A DNA stretch of 62,278 bases, the filler included, from Chiloscyllium plagiosum (taxonomy: Eukaryota): assembly GCF_004010195.1 (NCBI RefSeq). It is 2 parts of one record of this genome, joined end to end, with 100 filler letters (N's around TTAATTAATTAA, not from the genome) between each part and the next. Parts side by side here need not be neighbours in the genome. Positions count along the whole stretch, not along the records: positions 1 to 31,126 come from NC_057713.1; positions 31,227 to 62,278 come from NC_057713.1. One strand, written 5' to 3'. The position numbers and the translations under genes are program-made. Below the pieces are notes generated by a model. It worked only from the letters and a program-made list of their open reading frames with translations. It was not told where the DNA came from and did not search any database. Positions 26,230 through 37,383 of this stretch are shown in pieces (positions within the stretch are counted from its first letter, which is position 1; each line of letters begins with the position of its first letter).

Positions 26230-27290
26230 CAGTCCCTCGATTAAAGCCAACATTAGTTCGAGCTTCAGTGAAGATAACAATGCTGTCCTCCATGTTAGTG
26301 GTTCGGATCTGTGTCATCTGAGTGAATTTCAAGTGGCATGCAGTGATTAGTGACATACAGCAGGGATTAGTGCTTGGAACCCTGCTATTTACAAGATATG
26401 CCAATTATTTAGGTAAGTAAAGTAAATTGAATATCTCGTTTGTAGACATTCTAAAGTTGGGAGAGAGGATGATCTATGTGGAGGATGCAGAGATGTGAGA
26501 TTTGGCAGGTGTAATATAATGTGGATAAATGTGAGGTTATCCACTTTGGCAGCAAAAACAGGCAGAGGGTAGATTATTAATTGGTGAAAGATTAGGAAAG
26601 GGGGAGGTACAACAAGATCTGGGTGTCCTTGTACACCAATTATGGAAACTAAACATGTAGGTGCAGCAGGCAGTAAAGAAAGCAAATGTCATGTTGGCAT
26701 TCACAGCAAAAGAATTCGAGTACAGAAGCTAGGATATCTTGCTGCAATTATGTAGGGGCCTTGGTGAGATCACATCTGGAGTATTATATGTGGTTTTGGT
26801 CTCTTTATCTGAGGAAAGATGTTCTAACTATGAAGGGAGCATAACAAAGGTTTACCAGACTGATTTTTGGGATGGCAGGATTAACATATGAAAAGAAACT
26901 GGATCTGTTCGGACTATATTTATTGGAGTTAGAAGAATGAAGAGAGAGAATGAAGTTCGAACAGGAGTAGACAGGATAAACAGCAGGAAGGATTTCCTGA
27001 TGAGCCATTAACCAACAGTTTAAGGATATAGGATAGGCCATTTGGATTTTGATAAGGAGAAATTTCTTCATCTAGAGAATGGTAAGCCTGTGGAATTCTC
27101 TGCCACAAAAAGCAATTGACATCAAAATATTGAATGTGTTCAAGAAGGAGAAGATGTAGTTCTTGCAGCTAAAGGGATCAAAGAGTATGGGAGAAAATGG
27201 GAACAGGTTACTGAATTAAATGATCAGCCATGATCACACCGAATGGTGGAGCAAGCTGGATGGCCACACCAGCTCCTTTTTTTATGTTTT
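26230..27290 (+). mobile_element. Older CR1 RT/3' fragment
   Basis: Decayed P(Q)G.VLG.LLF, KCEVIHFG, LV..HLEY motifs and 3' end. Confidence 0.85.
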
Positions 27291-29139
27291 CATGAATACC
27301 ATCCTTTGAAGGATACATTGATAATAGATAATTATTTTCTGTTTTGCCACGTTGTGCTTGAGACAACAGGTCATTTTATAAAGTGGTTTAACTGTGCAGA
27401 GTACAGAGATGCTGCAAATTGCCAACGTAGCTGCTAACAGGGACTGTACTTGTATGTAATGTACATACATCTACGCTCAGATCCTGAATCCCACTGTTGG
27501 AACGGGATTTTACACTTTGGTCACTTTAGACTGATGCACCATATCCACTTCAGTCTGGAATTAGGTGCCAATGGAGAGGCCCTAGCCAGTTGCACTGAGT
27601 CTTCATCTTGTTGATCCTAAATCTGACAGATAAATCATATACAGTATACTCTGAGCTATACATTACTTTTCTAACAAATTATCCCATGTTTCTGTAATAT
27701 TATATGGCTAGCCTGTATGTATATTTCATATTATTATCTTGTGTAATGGAATGTTTCAATGCTGTCTCAAGTCTTGAAAATTCCTATTTGTTGCTCCTCT
27801 AAGAATTTGCTTCGGATGAATTTGAGTTAACAGAGCACAGGTCAAGTTACACAATTTGAAGTGTGCAAATGTAAAAGAACTGTGTCTCTGAAAATGAATC
27901 CATTCCCATTACTGGAGCAAGTGTCAACCTGAGATCTAGAGGTTGAACTTTAATCAAGCAGTGAGGAAGGATATCTGCAACAAATCATCCAACTTTACCC
28001 ATCCTCCAAATGTTCCATTGTAGTAATGGTAGACTGGTAAAATGGTATAACGAAAGCAGAATTAATTAAATATTGTAATCCTCCTTAGCCAGATACCTGG
28101 CTTCCCGTGGGCACTATCATCTAGGTGCCGGAAGATTTATTACCAGTAAGTCTGGGTCTTACTATATTTTCATTCTAAGAGCTATAAGGTTTAAAGTAAA
28201 CTACAATTTTGGGGTGATTTGATCTGTAGCTTTTGGAGTACAGTAACCTGCCACACAATAAATCAGTTCTTGCCCTCCATAGTGAAAGTGTTAGCTACTA
28301 AAATAAATCTTATCATAACCAACAAACTCGCTACCAGTTTTGCACAAAGTTTTGATTTATTGCAAATCAAGTATGGCTTTCAGCCAGTCAAAGCTCTAAT
28401 AAATAAGTGCGCCCCTAAAGTGGGGGGTGGTTGGGAGTGGATTCTGGCAATATTTTTCTGGAAATGTAAATGTTCCCAGATGTCATATTTTTGAGATTTA
28501 TTTCTCAAATTTAAGCTGTCACAAGCATAATTTTGCGAGGTGCATTAGAACCTGATGGCTCACATTTTTGGAAATTCCACAGTAGCACAGCTCTGAAATA
28601 AAATGCTTGTTTCAAAAGAATTTGCAGGCAATATGGTTAAACAATTGCAATTAGAGAGAAATATGTTGGAAAACTTTCTGTGCCAACATAACAAGCCATT
28701 TGACACTAAAGTTTTATATTGTACCATTTTGTGCTTCAGTAAAAAGTCTGATTCTTTTCCCACCACTCTTGTAATTTTGTTTTGGGAACCTTTATTCAAA
28801 GTGTGCCAACCTTTTTTCCAGACCACTGAAATGTTCAGTTACTTTCCTTTCAAGATAACTATGTCACATTTTTGTTTGAAATATTTGCTTTCTTTTTCAA
28901 TAGAAGGGAAGGAAATGGCTTTGCTCTGCAATATTAGAGCACAAATTTATGTTGGCGGAAAAGACTCTGAATTTAGGTATGGCTATAAGAGCCGTACCCC
29001 TATGTATCACCAACTTCAAGACTACAAAGATAGCTGAAAATTGTACACTTTATTTCAGTTGGTATTTCAATCTCACATCCTTTCCTCTTCTCTCATGATT
29101 AATTCTGGAACTGCCATCTTAACAGTGCTATGGCATCAG

Positions 29140-30390
29140 GTCACACATGGGCAGGGAAACCTCCTGCTAGTTACTACATACTTTATCAGTATTCTCCCAT
29201 GTTAACATCCCACTTGGAGGAAGCACTGAGTGTGACAGAGGCACGGAATGTATTTGGGGTGGGGTACTTCAATGTCCATCACTGAAAGTGGCTCAGCAAT
29301 ACTACCTCTGAACAAACTGGTCGAATCCTAAAGGACACAACTGTCGGATTGGATCTGCAGCAGCAGTGAGGAAACCAACAAAAGGAAAAGATCATACTTG
29401 ACCTCATGCTCACCCACCTGCCTGACACAGATGTATCTGTCCATGACGGTATCGCTAAAAGTGATTTCCTTCTTCGAGGATAACATCCACTATATTGTGT
29501 GTTACTGAGCTACATGGGACAGACTTCAAACAGACCTAGCAACCCAAGTCTGGGCATTCATTAGAAATGTAGGCCAGCAGCAGCAGCAAGATTGTCCTAA
29601 ACACAATCTGTAACCTCATAGCTTGGCACATTCTTCACTATTATTACCATCAAGCCAGGGGATCAAACCCTGGTTCACTGAAGACCTGCAGGATGACATT
29701 CCCGGAGCAACACTAGGTATATCTAAAAGTCAGGTGTCAACCTGGTAAACTTAATACACAGGGCCACTGGCATGCAAAACAGCCTGAGCAGCAAATGATA
29801 AGACAGTGCTAAGCATTTCCACAACCAGCAGATCACTTCTAAGCATGGCGACATCTCATCATCAGTGCCCAGCATGTCAATGCAAAGGATATGGCTGAAC
29901 CATTTGTGACAATCTTTAGACCACTGAAGACTTAAGTTCCAGAACTTGCTACTCTCCCGGCCAAACTGTTTCAGTCCAACTACAATACTGTTATCTAGCC
30001 AGCAATAGTGGGCGGCACGGTGGCACAGTGGTTAGCACTGCTGCCTCACAGCGCCTGAGACCCGGGTTCAATTCCCGCCTCAGGTGACTGACTGTGTGGA
30101 GTTTGCACGTTCTTCCCGTGTCTGCGTGGGTTTCCTCCGGGTGCTCCGGTTTCCTCCCACAGTCCAAAAGATGTGCAGGGTCAGGTGAATTGGCCATGCT
30201 AAATTGCCCGTAGTGTTAGGTAAGGGGTAAATGTAGGGGTATGGGTGGGTTTCGCTTCGGCGGGTCGGTGTGGACTTGTTGGGCCGAAGGGCCTGTTTCT
30301 ACACTGTAATGTAATCTAATCTAATCTAGTCAGAAGTGCTGAGTAGGTGATCCATCTCTGCCTCCTTCCAAGGACCCCAGTGTCACAGAT
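29140..30390 (+). mobile_element. Second LINE-A copy (endonuclease region), rearranged and interrupted by an HE1 SINE
   Basis: GNLLL..., LEEAL, VG.FNVHH; ccatcaagccaggggatca shared with 5076-5100; resumes 30329-30390 matching 5425-5470. Confidence 0.8.
30010..30328 (+). mobile_element. HE1-type tRNA-derived SINE
   Basis: A box TGGCACAGTGG, B box GGTTCAATTCC, CR1-like 3' tail gggccgaagggcctgttt, (TAATC)n end. Confidence 0.93.
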
Positions 30391-31126
30391 AGGGAGAGAG
30401 TGCAGTTGAACACGTGGCTGCAAGGCTGGTGTAGGAGGGAGGGCTTCAGATATTTGGACAATTGGACTGCATTCTGGGGAAGGTGGGACCTGTACAAACA
30501 GGACGGGTTGCACCTGAACCAGAAGGGCACCAATATCCTGGAGGGTAGGTTTGCTAGCACTCTTCGGGAGGGTTTAAACTAATTTGGCAGTGGGATGGGA
30601 TCCGGACTTGTAGTCCAGCAAGTAAGCTAGCTGTGTGACAGGATGCCCAAGACTGTAGGGAGGCTGTGGAGAAGGTAGCACTGACAGGGACTACTAGCGG
30701 ACACAGAGATGGGCTCAAGTGCGTATACTTCAACGCAAGGAGTATCAGAAATAAGGTCGGTGAACTTAAGGCGTGGATCGGTACCTCGGACTACGATGTT
30801 GTGGCCATCACGGAAACATGGATAGATGTGGGACAGGAATGGCTGTTGGAGGTTCCTGGTTACAGGTGTTTCAGTAAGATTAGGGAGGGTGGGAAAAAAG
30901 GAGGGGGAGTGGCATTGCTAATTAGAAATGGTATAACGGCTGCAGAAAGGAAATTTGAGGGGGATCTGCCTCTGGAGGTAGTATGGGCTGAAGTCAGAAA
31001 TAGGAAAGGTGCAATCACCTTGTTGGGTGTTTACTATAGGCCCCCCAATAGCAGCAGAGATGTGGAGAAACAGATGGGGAAACAGATTTTGGAAAGGTGC
31101 AGAAGCCACAAGGTAGTAGTCATGGG
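30391..31126 (+). mobile_element. CR1 LINE fragment: ORF1 esterase C-terminus and start of ORF2
   Basis: DGLHLN (SGNH block V), then YFNARSIRNK, AITETW, GGGVA, GVYYRPP. Confidence 0.93.
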
Positions 31127-31226
31127 NNNNNNNNNNNNNNNNNNNNNNNNNNNNNNNNNNNNNNNNNNNNTTAATTAATTAANNNNNNNNNNNNNNNNNN
31201 NNNNNNNNNNNNNNNNNNNNNNNNNN
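31127..31226. other. Artificial 100-bp scaffold spacer (44 N + TTAATTAATTAA + 44 N)
   Basis: Perfectly symmetric; the 12-mer at 31171-31182 places stop codons in all six frames. Confidence 0.9.
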
Positions 31227-32490
31227 AGATTCCCCTGGTTCCAAAACTGATGCCAATGCCCCATGAAATGGAATCCCTCTTTCCCACACCAATCCCTTAG
31301 CCATGTGTTTACTTCCTTAATTTTCTTATCCCTATGTCAATTGGCATGTGGCTCAGGCAGTAATCCGGAGGTTATGACCCTTGAGGACCTGTACTTCAAT
31401 TTCCTTCCTAGTGCTTGATAATCCCCAAACAGGTCCTCCACCCTAGCTTTGCCTATGTTGTTAGTCCCAACGTGGACCACAACAACTGGATCCTCCCCCT
31501 CCCCCTCCCGCTCCAATATCCTTTCAAGCCGGTCGGACATGTCCCGCATCCTGGCACCGGGCAGGCAACACACCATGCGAGACTCCCGATCCGGCTTGCA
31601 TAGGATACTATCTGTCCCCCTAATTATAGAATCCCCTATAACAACTACTTGTCTTTTTGCTCCCCGCTCTTGAATGGCCTTCTGCACCATGGTGCCGTGG
31701 TCAGCTGGCTCATCTTGTCCAGAGCCCTTTTCCTCATCCGTATAGGGAGCAAGAATCTCATACCTGTTTGACAAGGGCAAGGGCTGAGGCTCCTGCACTC
31801 CTGAACTCAAGTTCCCCCTGCCTGCCTCACTTACAGTCACACTCTGATATCCTTGATCACTAATTGAATGTGAATTACTTAAACTCCCAGGTGTGACTGC
31901 CTCCTGAAACAAAGCGTCCAGGTAACTCTCCCCCTCCCGGATGTGCCGCAGTGTTTGAAGCTCAGATTCAAGATCATCAACTCTGAGCCGGAGTTCTTCC
32001 AGCAACCAACACTTGCTGCAGATGTGGTCACTGCCATTCACAATGTGATCAGCCAGCTCCCACATCATACAGCTACAGCACATCACCCGCCCAGCCATCT
32101 CTGCTTAGTTAATTACTTTATTACTTTGTATAGGTTTGAGTTAAAATACTTTCTGATACCTCTCTGCTATAGTCGATTTGTAAAAACCAATTAATAAATA
32201 AACCATAAAAATTAAATTTTTAACCATTCACCGATAAAGAAATAGAAAACCCTTACCTTAACAAACCAGAGTTTGTAAAATGGCCGTTGGCGTCGAAGGG
32301 TCAGTATTTATACTCACTGCTTACCTTCTCGGCTACCCCTCTAGTCCCTGTCACTTCCTCCGCTGCTCCTGCTCCTTCTGTGAAAGAGAAAAACACCACT
32401 GCCCGCTACCGGTAAGTAATTTTAATAAAAACTGCCTCACCTTATCTGCAGTCTTCAGAGTTCGTCCTACCTCCGCTGCTGCTCGCACTT
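31227..32490 (-). mobile_element. CR1 LINE 5' end with ORF1 (Zn-finger/leucine zipper + SGNH esterase), 31337-32098
   Basis: CxxC...CxxC, heptad LRLRVDDLESELQTL, SNRY, VIGDSIIRG, CLPGA, HVGTNN; premature TGA at 31337. Confidence 0.93.
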
Positions 32491-32499
32491 AAAATCATC

Positions 32500-33990
32500 A
32501 ATAGCATCAATAGTCACAGGTGAGGTGCCAGAATACTGGAGGTTGGCTAACGTGTTGCCACTATTTAAGAAAAGTGATAAGGAAAAGCCAGGGAATTATA
32601 GACCAGTGAGCCTAACGTCGGTGGTGGGCAAATTGTTGGGAGGGAATCCTCAGAGACAGAATTTACATGTATTTGGAAAGGCAAGGACAGGTTAGGGATA
32701 CTCAGCATGGCTTTTTGTGTGGGAAATTATGTCTCACTAAATTTGTGAGCATTTTGCAGAAGTAATGAAGAGGATTGATGAGGGTGGAGCAGTAAATGTG
32801 ATCTATATGGACTTCAGTAAGGTGATCAACAAGGTTCCTCATGGTAGACTGGTTAGCAAGGTTCGGCCTCATGGAATACTGGGAAAGTTAGCCATTTGGA
32901 CACAGAACTGGCTCAAAGGTAGAAGACAGAGGGTGGTGGTGGAGGGTTGTTTTTCAGACTGGAGGCCTGTGACCAGTGGTGTGCCACAAGGATCGGTGCT
33001 GGGTCCATTGCTTTTCATCACTTATATAAAGGACTTGGAATGTGAGCCTAGGAGGTATAGTTAGTAAGTTTGCAGATGACACCAAAATTGGAGATGTTGT
33101 GAACAGTGAAGAAGGTTACCTCAGAGTACAACGGTATCTTGATCAGATGGGCCAACAGACCAAGGAGTGGCAGGTGGAGTTTAATTTGGATAAATGTGAG
33201 GTGCTGCATTTGGAAAGGCAAATCAGGGCAGGGCCCATACACGTAATGGTAAGGTCGTGGGGAGCACTGCTGAACAAAGAGACCTTGGAGTGCAGATTCA
33301 TAGCTCCTTGAAAGTGGAGTCACAGGTAGATAGGATAGTGAAGATGATGTTTGGTATCCTTTCCTTTATTGGTCAGAGTAATCAGTATAGGAGTTGGGAG
33401 GTTATGTTGTGGCTATATAGAACATTGCTTAGGCCATTTTAGGAATACTACATGCAATTCTGATCATCCCCCCTACAGAAATGATGTTGTGAAACTTGGA
33501 AGGGTTCATAAAAGATTTACAAGAATGTTGCCAAGGTTAGAGGGGTTGAGCTCTGGGAGAAGCTGAGATAAGATGGGGCTGTTTTCCCTGGAGCTTCGAG
33601 GCTGAGGGGTGACCTTATTGAGGTTTATAAAATCATGAGGGGCATGGATAGGGTAAATAGGCAAGGTCTTTTCCTGGGTTAGGGGAGCCCAGAACTAGAG
33701 GACATAGGTTTAGGCTAAGAGGGGAAAGATATAAAAGGGACCGAAGGTGCCACTTTTTCACACAGAGGGTGGTGTATCTACAGAATGAGCTGCCAGAGAA
33801 AAGTGGTGGAGGCTGGTACAATTACAACATTTAAAAGGCATCTGGATGGGTATACGAATAGGAAGGGCTTAAAGGGATGTAGGCCAAATGCTGGCAAATG
33901 GGACTAGATTAATTTAGGATATCTGGTCAATATGAACAAGTTGCACCAAAGCGTCTGTTTCTGTGCTGTATATCTCTACAACTCTATAAC
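32500..33990 (+). mobile_element. CR1/HER1-type LINE 3' part (frameshifted RT)
   Basis: [23 protein letters not shown]; ctctacaactctataac tail. Confidence 0.95.
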
Positions 33991-34130
33991 TAAACCATGG
34001 CTGACACTATCCAGTGTATTCTTCTTTGGCCTATTGAATTGATGGTAACTAGTCCAGGAGATTGTTCTGGCCTCTGTTACAATGTGCTTTCCACACCAAT
34101 CAGAAAGAGACTCATTTCTCACTCAAAGCC

Positions 34131-34275
34131 AATAGGTGAGAGTTGAAAAGTGTGGAGCTGGAAAAGAACAGTAGGTCAGGCAGCATCATAGGAGCAGGAG
34201 AGTCGATGTTTTGGGCATAAGTGAAACACTTTTCAACTCTAACTATCCAGCATCCGCCGTTCTACTTTCTCCTAG
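34131..34275. mobile_element. Collapsed inverted PLE-terminus element
   Basis: gagttgaaaagtgt ... acacttttcaactc arms; similar to 46051-46260. Confidence 0.7.
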
Positions 34276-34929
34276 CTAATCAGTGTCAACCATATGAGAG
34301 ATCAGCCTGTTCCAGTGCTTCATTAATCTCTGCAAAAGGAACCAATCTCTGACATCAAAACTAAAACAACTCACTTATTACCACTTAAAATTGTCACCTC
34401 TTCATCTCCTGAACTTATTTAATTAGAAATAAGTTGTCACTTCAAACAATATTGATTCGCTTCATCACCTTTTAAAATTCAATCTAATCACCCTTAGATC
34501 TACAATTCTTTAAAGCTTAGAGGTCCAAATCTTTTTGCCAATTCAATGATTTAGGTAAAACATTGCTTGTCCTTCCACTTGTGTGTATAGACAAGAACAA
34601 CCAAACATACCCAGATTAAAAGAGATCTCAATGCAGAGATTACAAATTCCTGCAAGAAAGCTGGATCAGTCTCCTGGACCCAAATCTTGCAAGAATGCTC
34701 CAGTGAAAAAAGTCCCAGCCTATCCTTATAAATCAAATACTCCTGGTAAATCTTTTCTGAACTTTGTTCAATTTAATAATATCCTTCCTATATCAGAACG
34801 TCCACAATGGTCCTCAGTACTTCAAAAATGTACCAACATCCTGCAGAACCTCAACATTATGTCCCAAATCCTGTACTCAATGATCTAAGCTTCTTGGGGA
34901 AGAACTAATTACCTTCCTTTCTTTTACCT

Positions 34930-35262
34930 TTTACTTGTTACATTCTCTGTTACCATGTCCTCTCTCCCTTTCACCCCCCCTCCCCCCCCCCCCCCGCCCC
35001 CATCCCAGTGCGACTGTCTGTTCTTTCAAGTCTGGCAGTTAGACACACCATTGCTCTGTCATTCCCACATTATGATCACTTAAACTGAACTATCAACATC
35101 TTTTCTCCCCCAGCATTCTACCTCCTACACCCCTGAGATAATAGCATAAATGCTGGCCCCTCCACACTTCAACATCAGCTCTGATGAAGATTCATCTGTA
35201 CTCTAAACATTAGCTTGCTCTTTCTCTATGGATGCTGCCTGACATGCTGTGATATCCAGCAT
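34930..35262 (+). mobile_element. PLE-like terminus of another family with decayed hammerhead core at 35181-35214
   Basis: agct-CTGATGA-A-gattcatctgtactc-TAAAC-ATT-agct, followed by ggatgctgcctgac...ccagca. Confidence 0.6.
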
Positions 35263-36545
35263 AGAGTAAAAGGTTTGTACAGCCTGGAAACAGATCCTTC
35301 AATTCAACTCGTCCACGCCAACCAGATATCCTAACTAATCTAGTCCCATTTGCCAGCACGTGGCACATATCCCTCTAAACTTTTCTTATTCATATACCCA
35401 TCCAGATGTCTTATAAATGTTGTAATTGCACCAGCCTCCACCCACTTCCTCTGGCAGCTGGTTTCATACACACACCACCTTCTACGTGAAAAAGTTGGCT
35501 CTAGGGTCCCTTTTAAATTTTTCCCTTCTCACCCTAAACCTATGCACTCTAGCTCTGGACTCACCCATCCCAGGGAAAAGACCTTGTCTGCTTATCCTAT
35601 CCATGCCCCTCATGATTTTATAAACCTCTGTAATGTCACCCCTCAGCCTCCATGCTGCAGGGAAAACAGCCCAAGCCTATTCAGTTTCGCCCTACAGTTC
35701 AAACCCTGGCAACATCCTTGTAAATCTTTTCTGAACCCTTTCAAGTTTCACAACAACCTTGTGATAGACTAGCACACAATATTCCAAAAGTGGCCTAACC
35801 AATCTCATGTACAGCTGCAGCATGACCTCCCAACTATTATACTCACTGCTCGGACCAATAAAGGAAAGCATGACAAATGCCTTCTTCACTATCTCCACTT
35901 TCGAGGGACTATGAACTTAAACGCCAAGCTCTCTTTGTTCAGCAAGACACCCCAGGACCTTACCATTACATATTTGCCTTTCCAAAGTGCAGCATCTCAC
36001 ATTTATCTAAATTAAACTCCATCTGCCACTCCTCGGCTCGTTGGCCCATGTAATCAAGATCCCATTGTAATCTGAGGTAACTTTCTTCATTGTCTACTAC
36101 ATCTCCAATTTTGGTATCATCTGCAAACTTATTATCTATACCCCCCTATGTTCACATCCAAATCATTTATATAAATGACAAAAAGTAGTGGACCCAGCAC
36201 AACTGCTTGTGGCACACCACTAATCACAGACCTCCAGTCTGAAAGGCAACCTCCATCACCACCCTCTATCTTCTATCTTTGAGCCAGTTCTGTATCCAAA
36301 TGGCTAACTCTCCTTGTATTCCATGTGATCTAACCTTGCTAACCAGATTCTGGATCAGTGGTGCTGGAAGAGCACAGCAGTTCAGGCAGCATCCAACGAG
36401 CAGCGAAATCACCAGTCTACCATGAAGAACCTTGTTGATCACCTTACTGAAGTCCATATAGATCACATCTACCGCTCTACCCTCATCAATCCTCTTTGAG
36501 ACTTCTTCACAAATCTCAATCAAATTTGTGAGACATGACTTCCCA
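35263..36545 (-). mobile_element. CR1/HER1-type LINE 3' part with small PLE-end insertion (36343-36410)
   Basis: Minus-strand [17 protein letters not shown] motifs. Confidence 0.93.
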
Positions 36546-36639
36546 CCTTTCCTGATGAAACATTTCTATGATTCTGTAACTGGGAGCAATGAGAACTTGA
36601 TGAACAGTTGCCTGTCCCTGTTTCATAACTAATTATAAA

Positions 36640-37155
36640 TAACACACACATATAAGTCGATGGGGTGAATTTGCATTTACAAATTGTATTAGCAGATGCA
36701 TTCTATTTTGTTCAAAAAGCACACAATCCGTAGGAAATCAATTTTGTTTTATAACCAATGTGACATTTTATAAATTCCTAATTTGGAAATAGAACGAGTT
36801 TGACTCAAGATTGGAACACATACACACTCTAAACTCACACCTTTAATGCATTGTCTGAGCTGAGATATCAAGAAGGTTTTATCAAAAAAACGTATCTTAG
36901 GAATGTGACTTGAATGAAGAGCCGGGATTTCCATATTAATGAATCAAAACCTGCAACCCCATTCTAAAAGATGAAAGACAATAACAGCAATCTCGGTATG
37001 TTCAATATACGAATCATTCTGCACCCTATGATCCTGCTCCACTAGCAACCTGATGAGGGAACAGCGCTTCGAAAAGCTTGCACTTCCAAATAAACCTTTT
37101 GGACTATAAACCGGAGTCGTGTGCCCCAGTCCAACATCAGCACCGCCACATCATA
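36640..37155 (+). mobile_element. PLE-like terminal repeat (third family) immediately upstream of the ABHD5 promoter
   Basis: CTGATGA..GAAA core at 37050-37074, then cttccaaataaacc..ggactataa, shared with 39990-40125 and 59790-59860 (minus strand). Confidence 0.6.
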
Positions 37156-37179
37156 ACTAATTCTGTTCACGGGATAATA

Positions 37180-37354
37180 ACATGACACGTTATCACAGCC
37201 TGACACGTCAACTTGGCCCATGATGTCATTATAGTCCGCCTGAGTCATCGTCAAGATGGCCGCCCAGACCTCCCAGCTGGAGACACGGGCTGCTCTTGTC
37301 ACACCGCCGCCTCCTTGTTCTCCTGTGTGACGAATGACGTCAGCTGGGGATAAT
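37180..37354 (+). promoter_or_regulatory. Likely ABHD5 promoter / 5' region
   Basis: Local CpG enrichment in a CpG-poor background; TGACACGTCA 37201, TGATGTCA 37221, AP-1 TGAGTCA 37241, YY1-like CAAGATGGCCGCC 37252, full CRE TGACGTCA 37335. Confidence 0.7.
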
Positions 37355-37383
37355 ATGGCGGCGGAATCTTCCGGGACAGGACC
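37355..37383 (+). CDS. ABHD5: ABHD5 (CGI-58) coding exon 1
   Basis: aatATGGCGGCGGAATCTTCCGGGACAGGACC|gtgagt; MAAESSGTG(P); strong Kozak context, CpG-rich setting, phase-2 donor matching exon 2; human ABHD5 also starts MAAE. Confidence 0.85.

Noticed and set aside
28904..28976. Exon-like segment with strong acceptor and gtatgg donor; 144-aa ORF 28603-29037
   Set aside because: No recognisable protein in any frame and no partner exons
30010..30080. tRNA gene
   Set aside because: A/B boxes belong to the tRNA-derived head of an HE1 SINE present in six copies
31171..31182. TTAATTAATTAA palindrome
   Set aside because: Centred in exactly 44+44 Ns; a synthetic six-frame-stop spacer, not biology
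34591..34888. Phase-2-compatible acceptor and ~100-codon ORF as alternative MRPL13 last exon
   Set aside because: No similarity to the expected short MRPL13 C-terminus, runs into antisense CR1-like sequence, and lies beyond the unsized join
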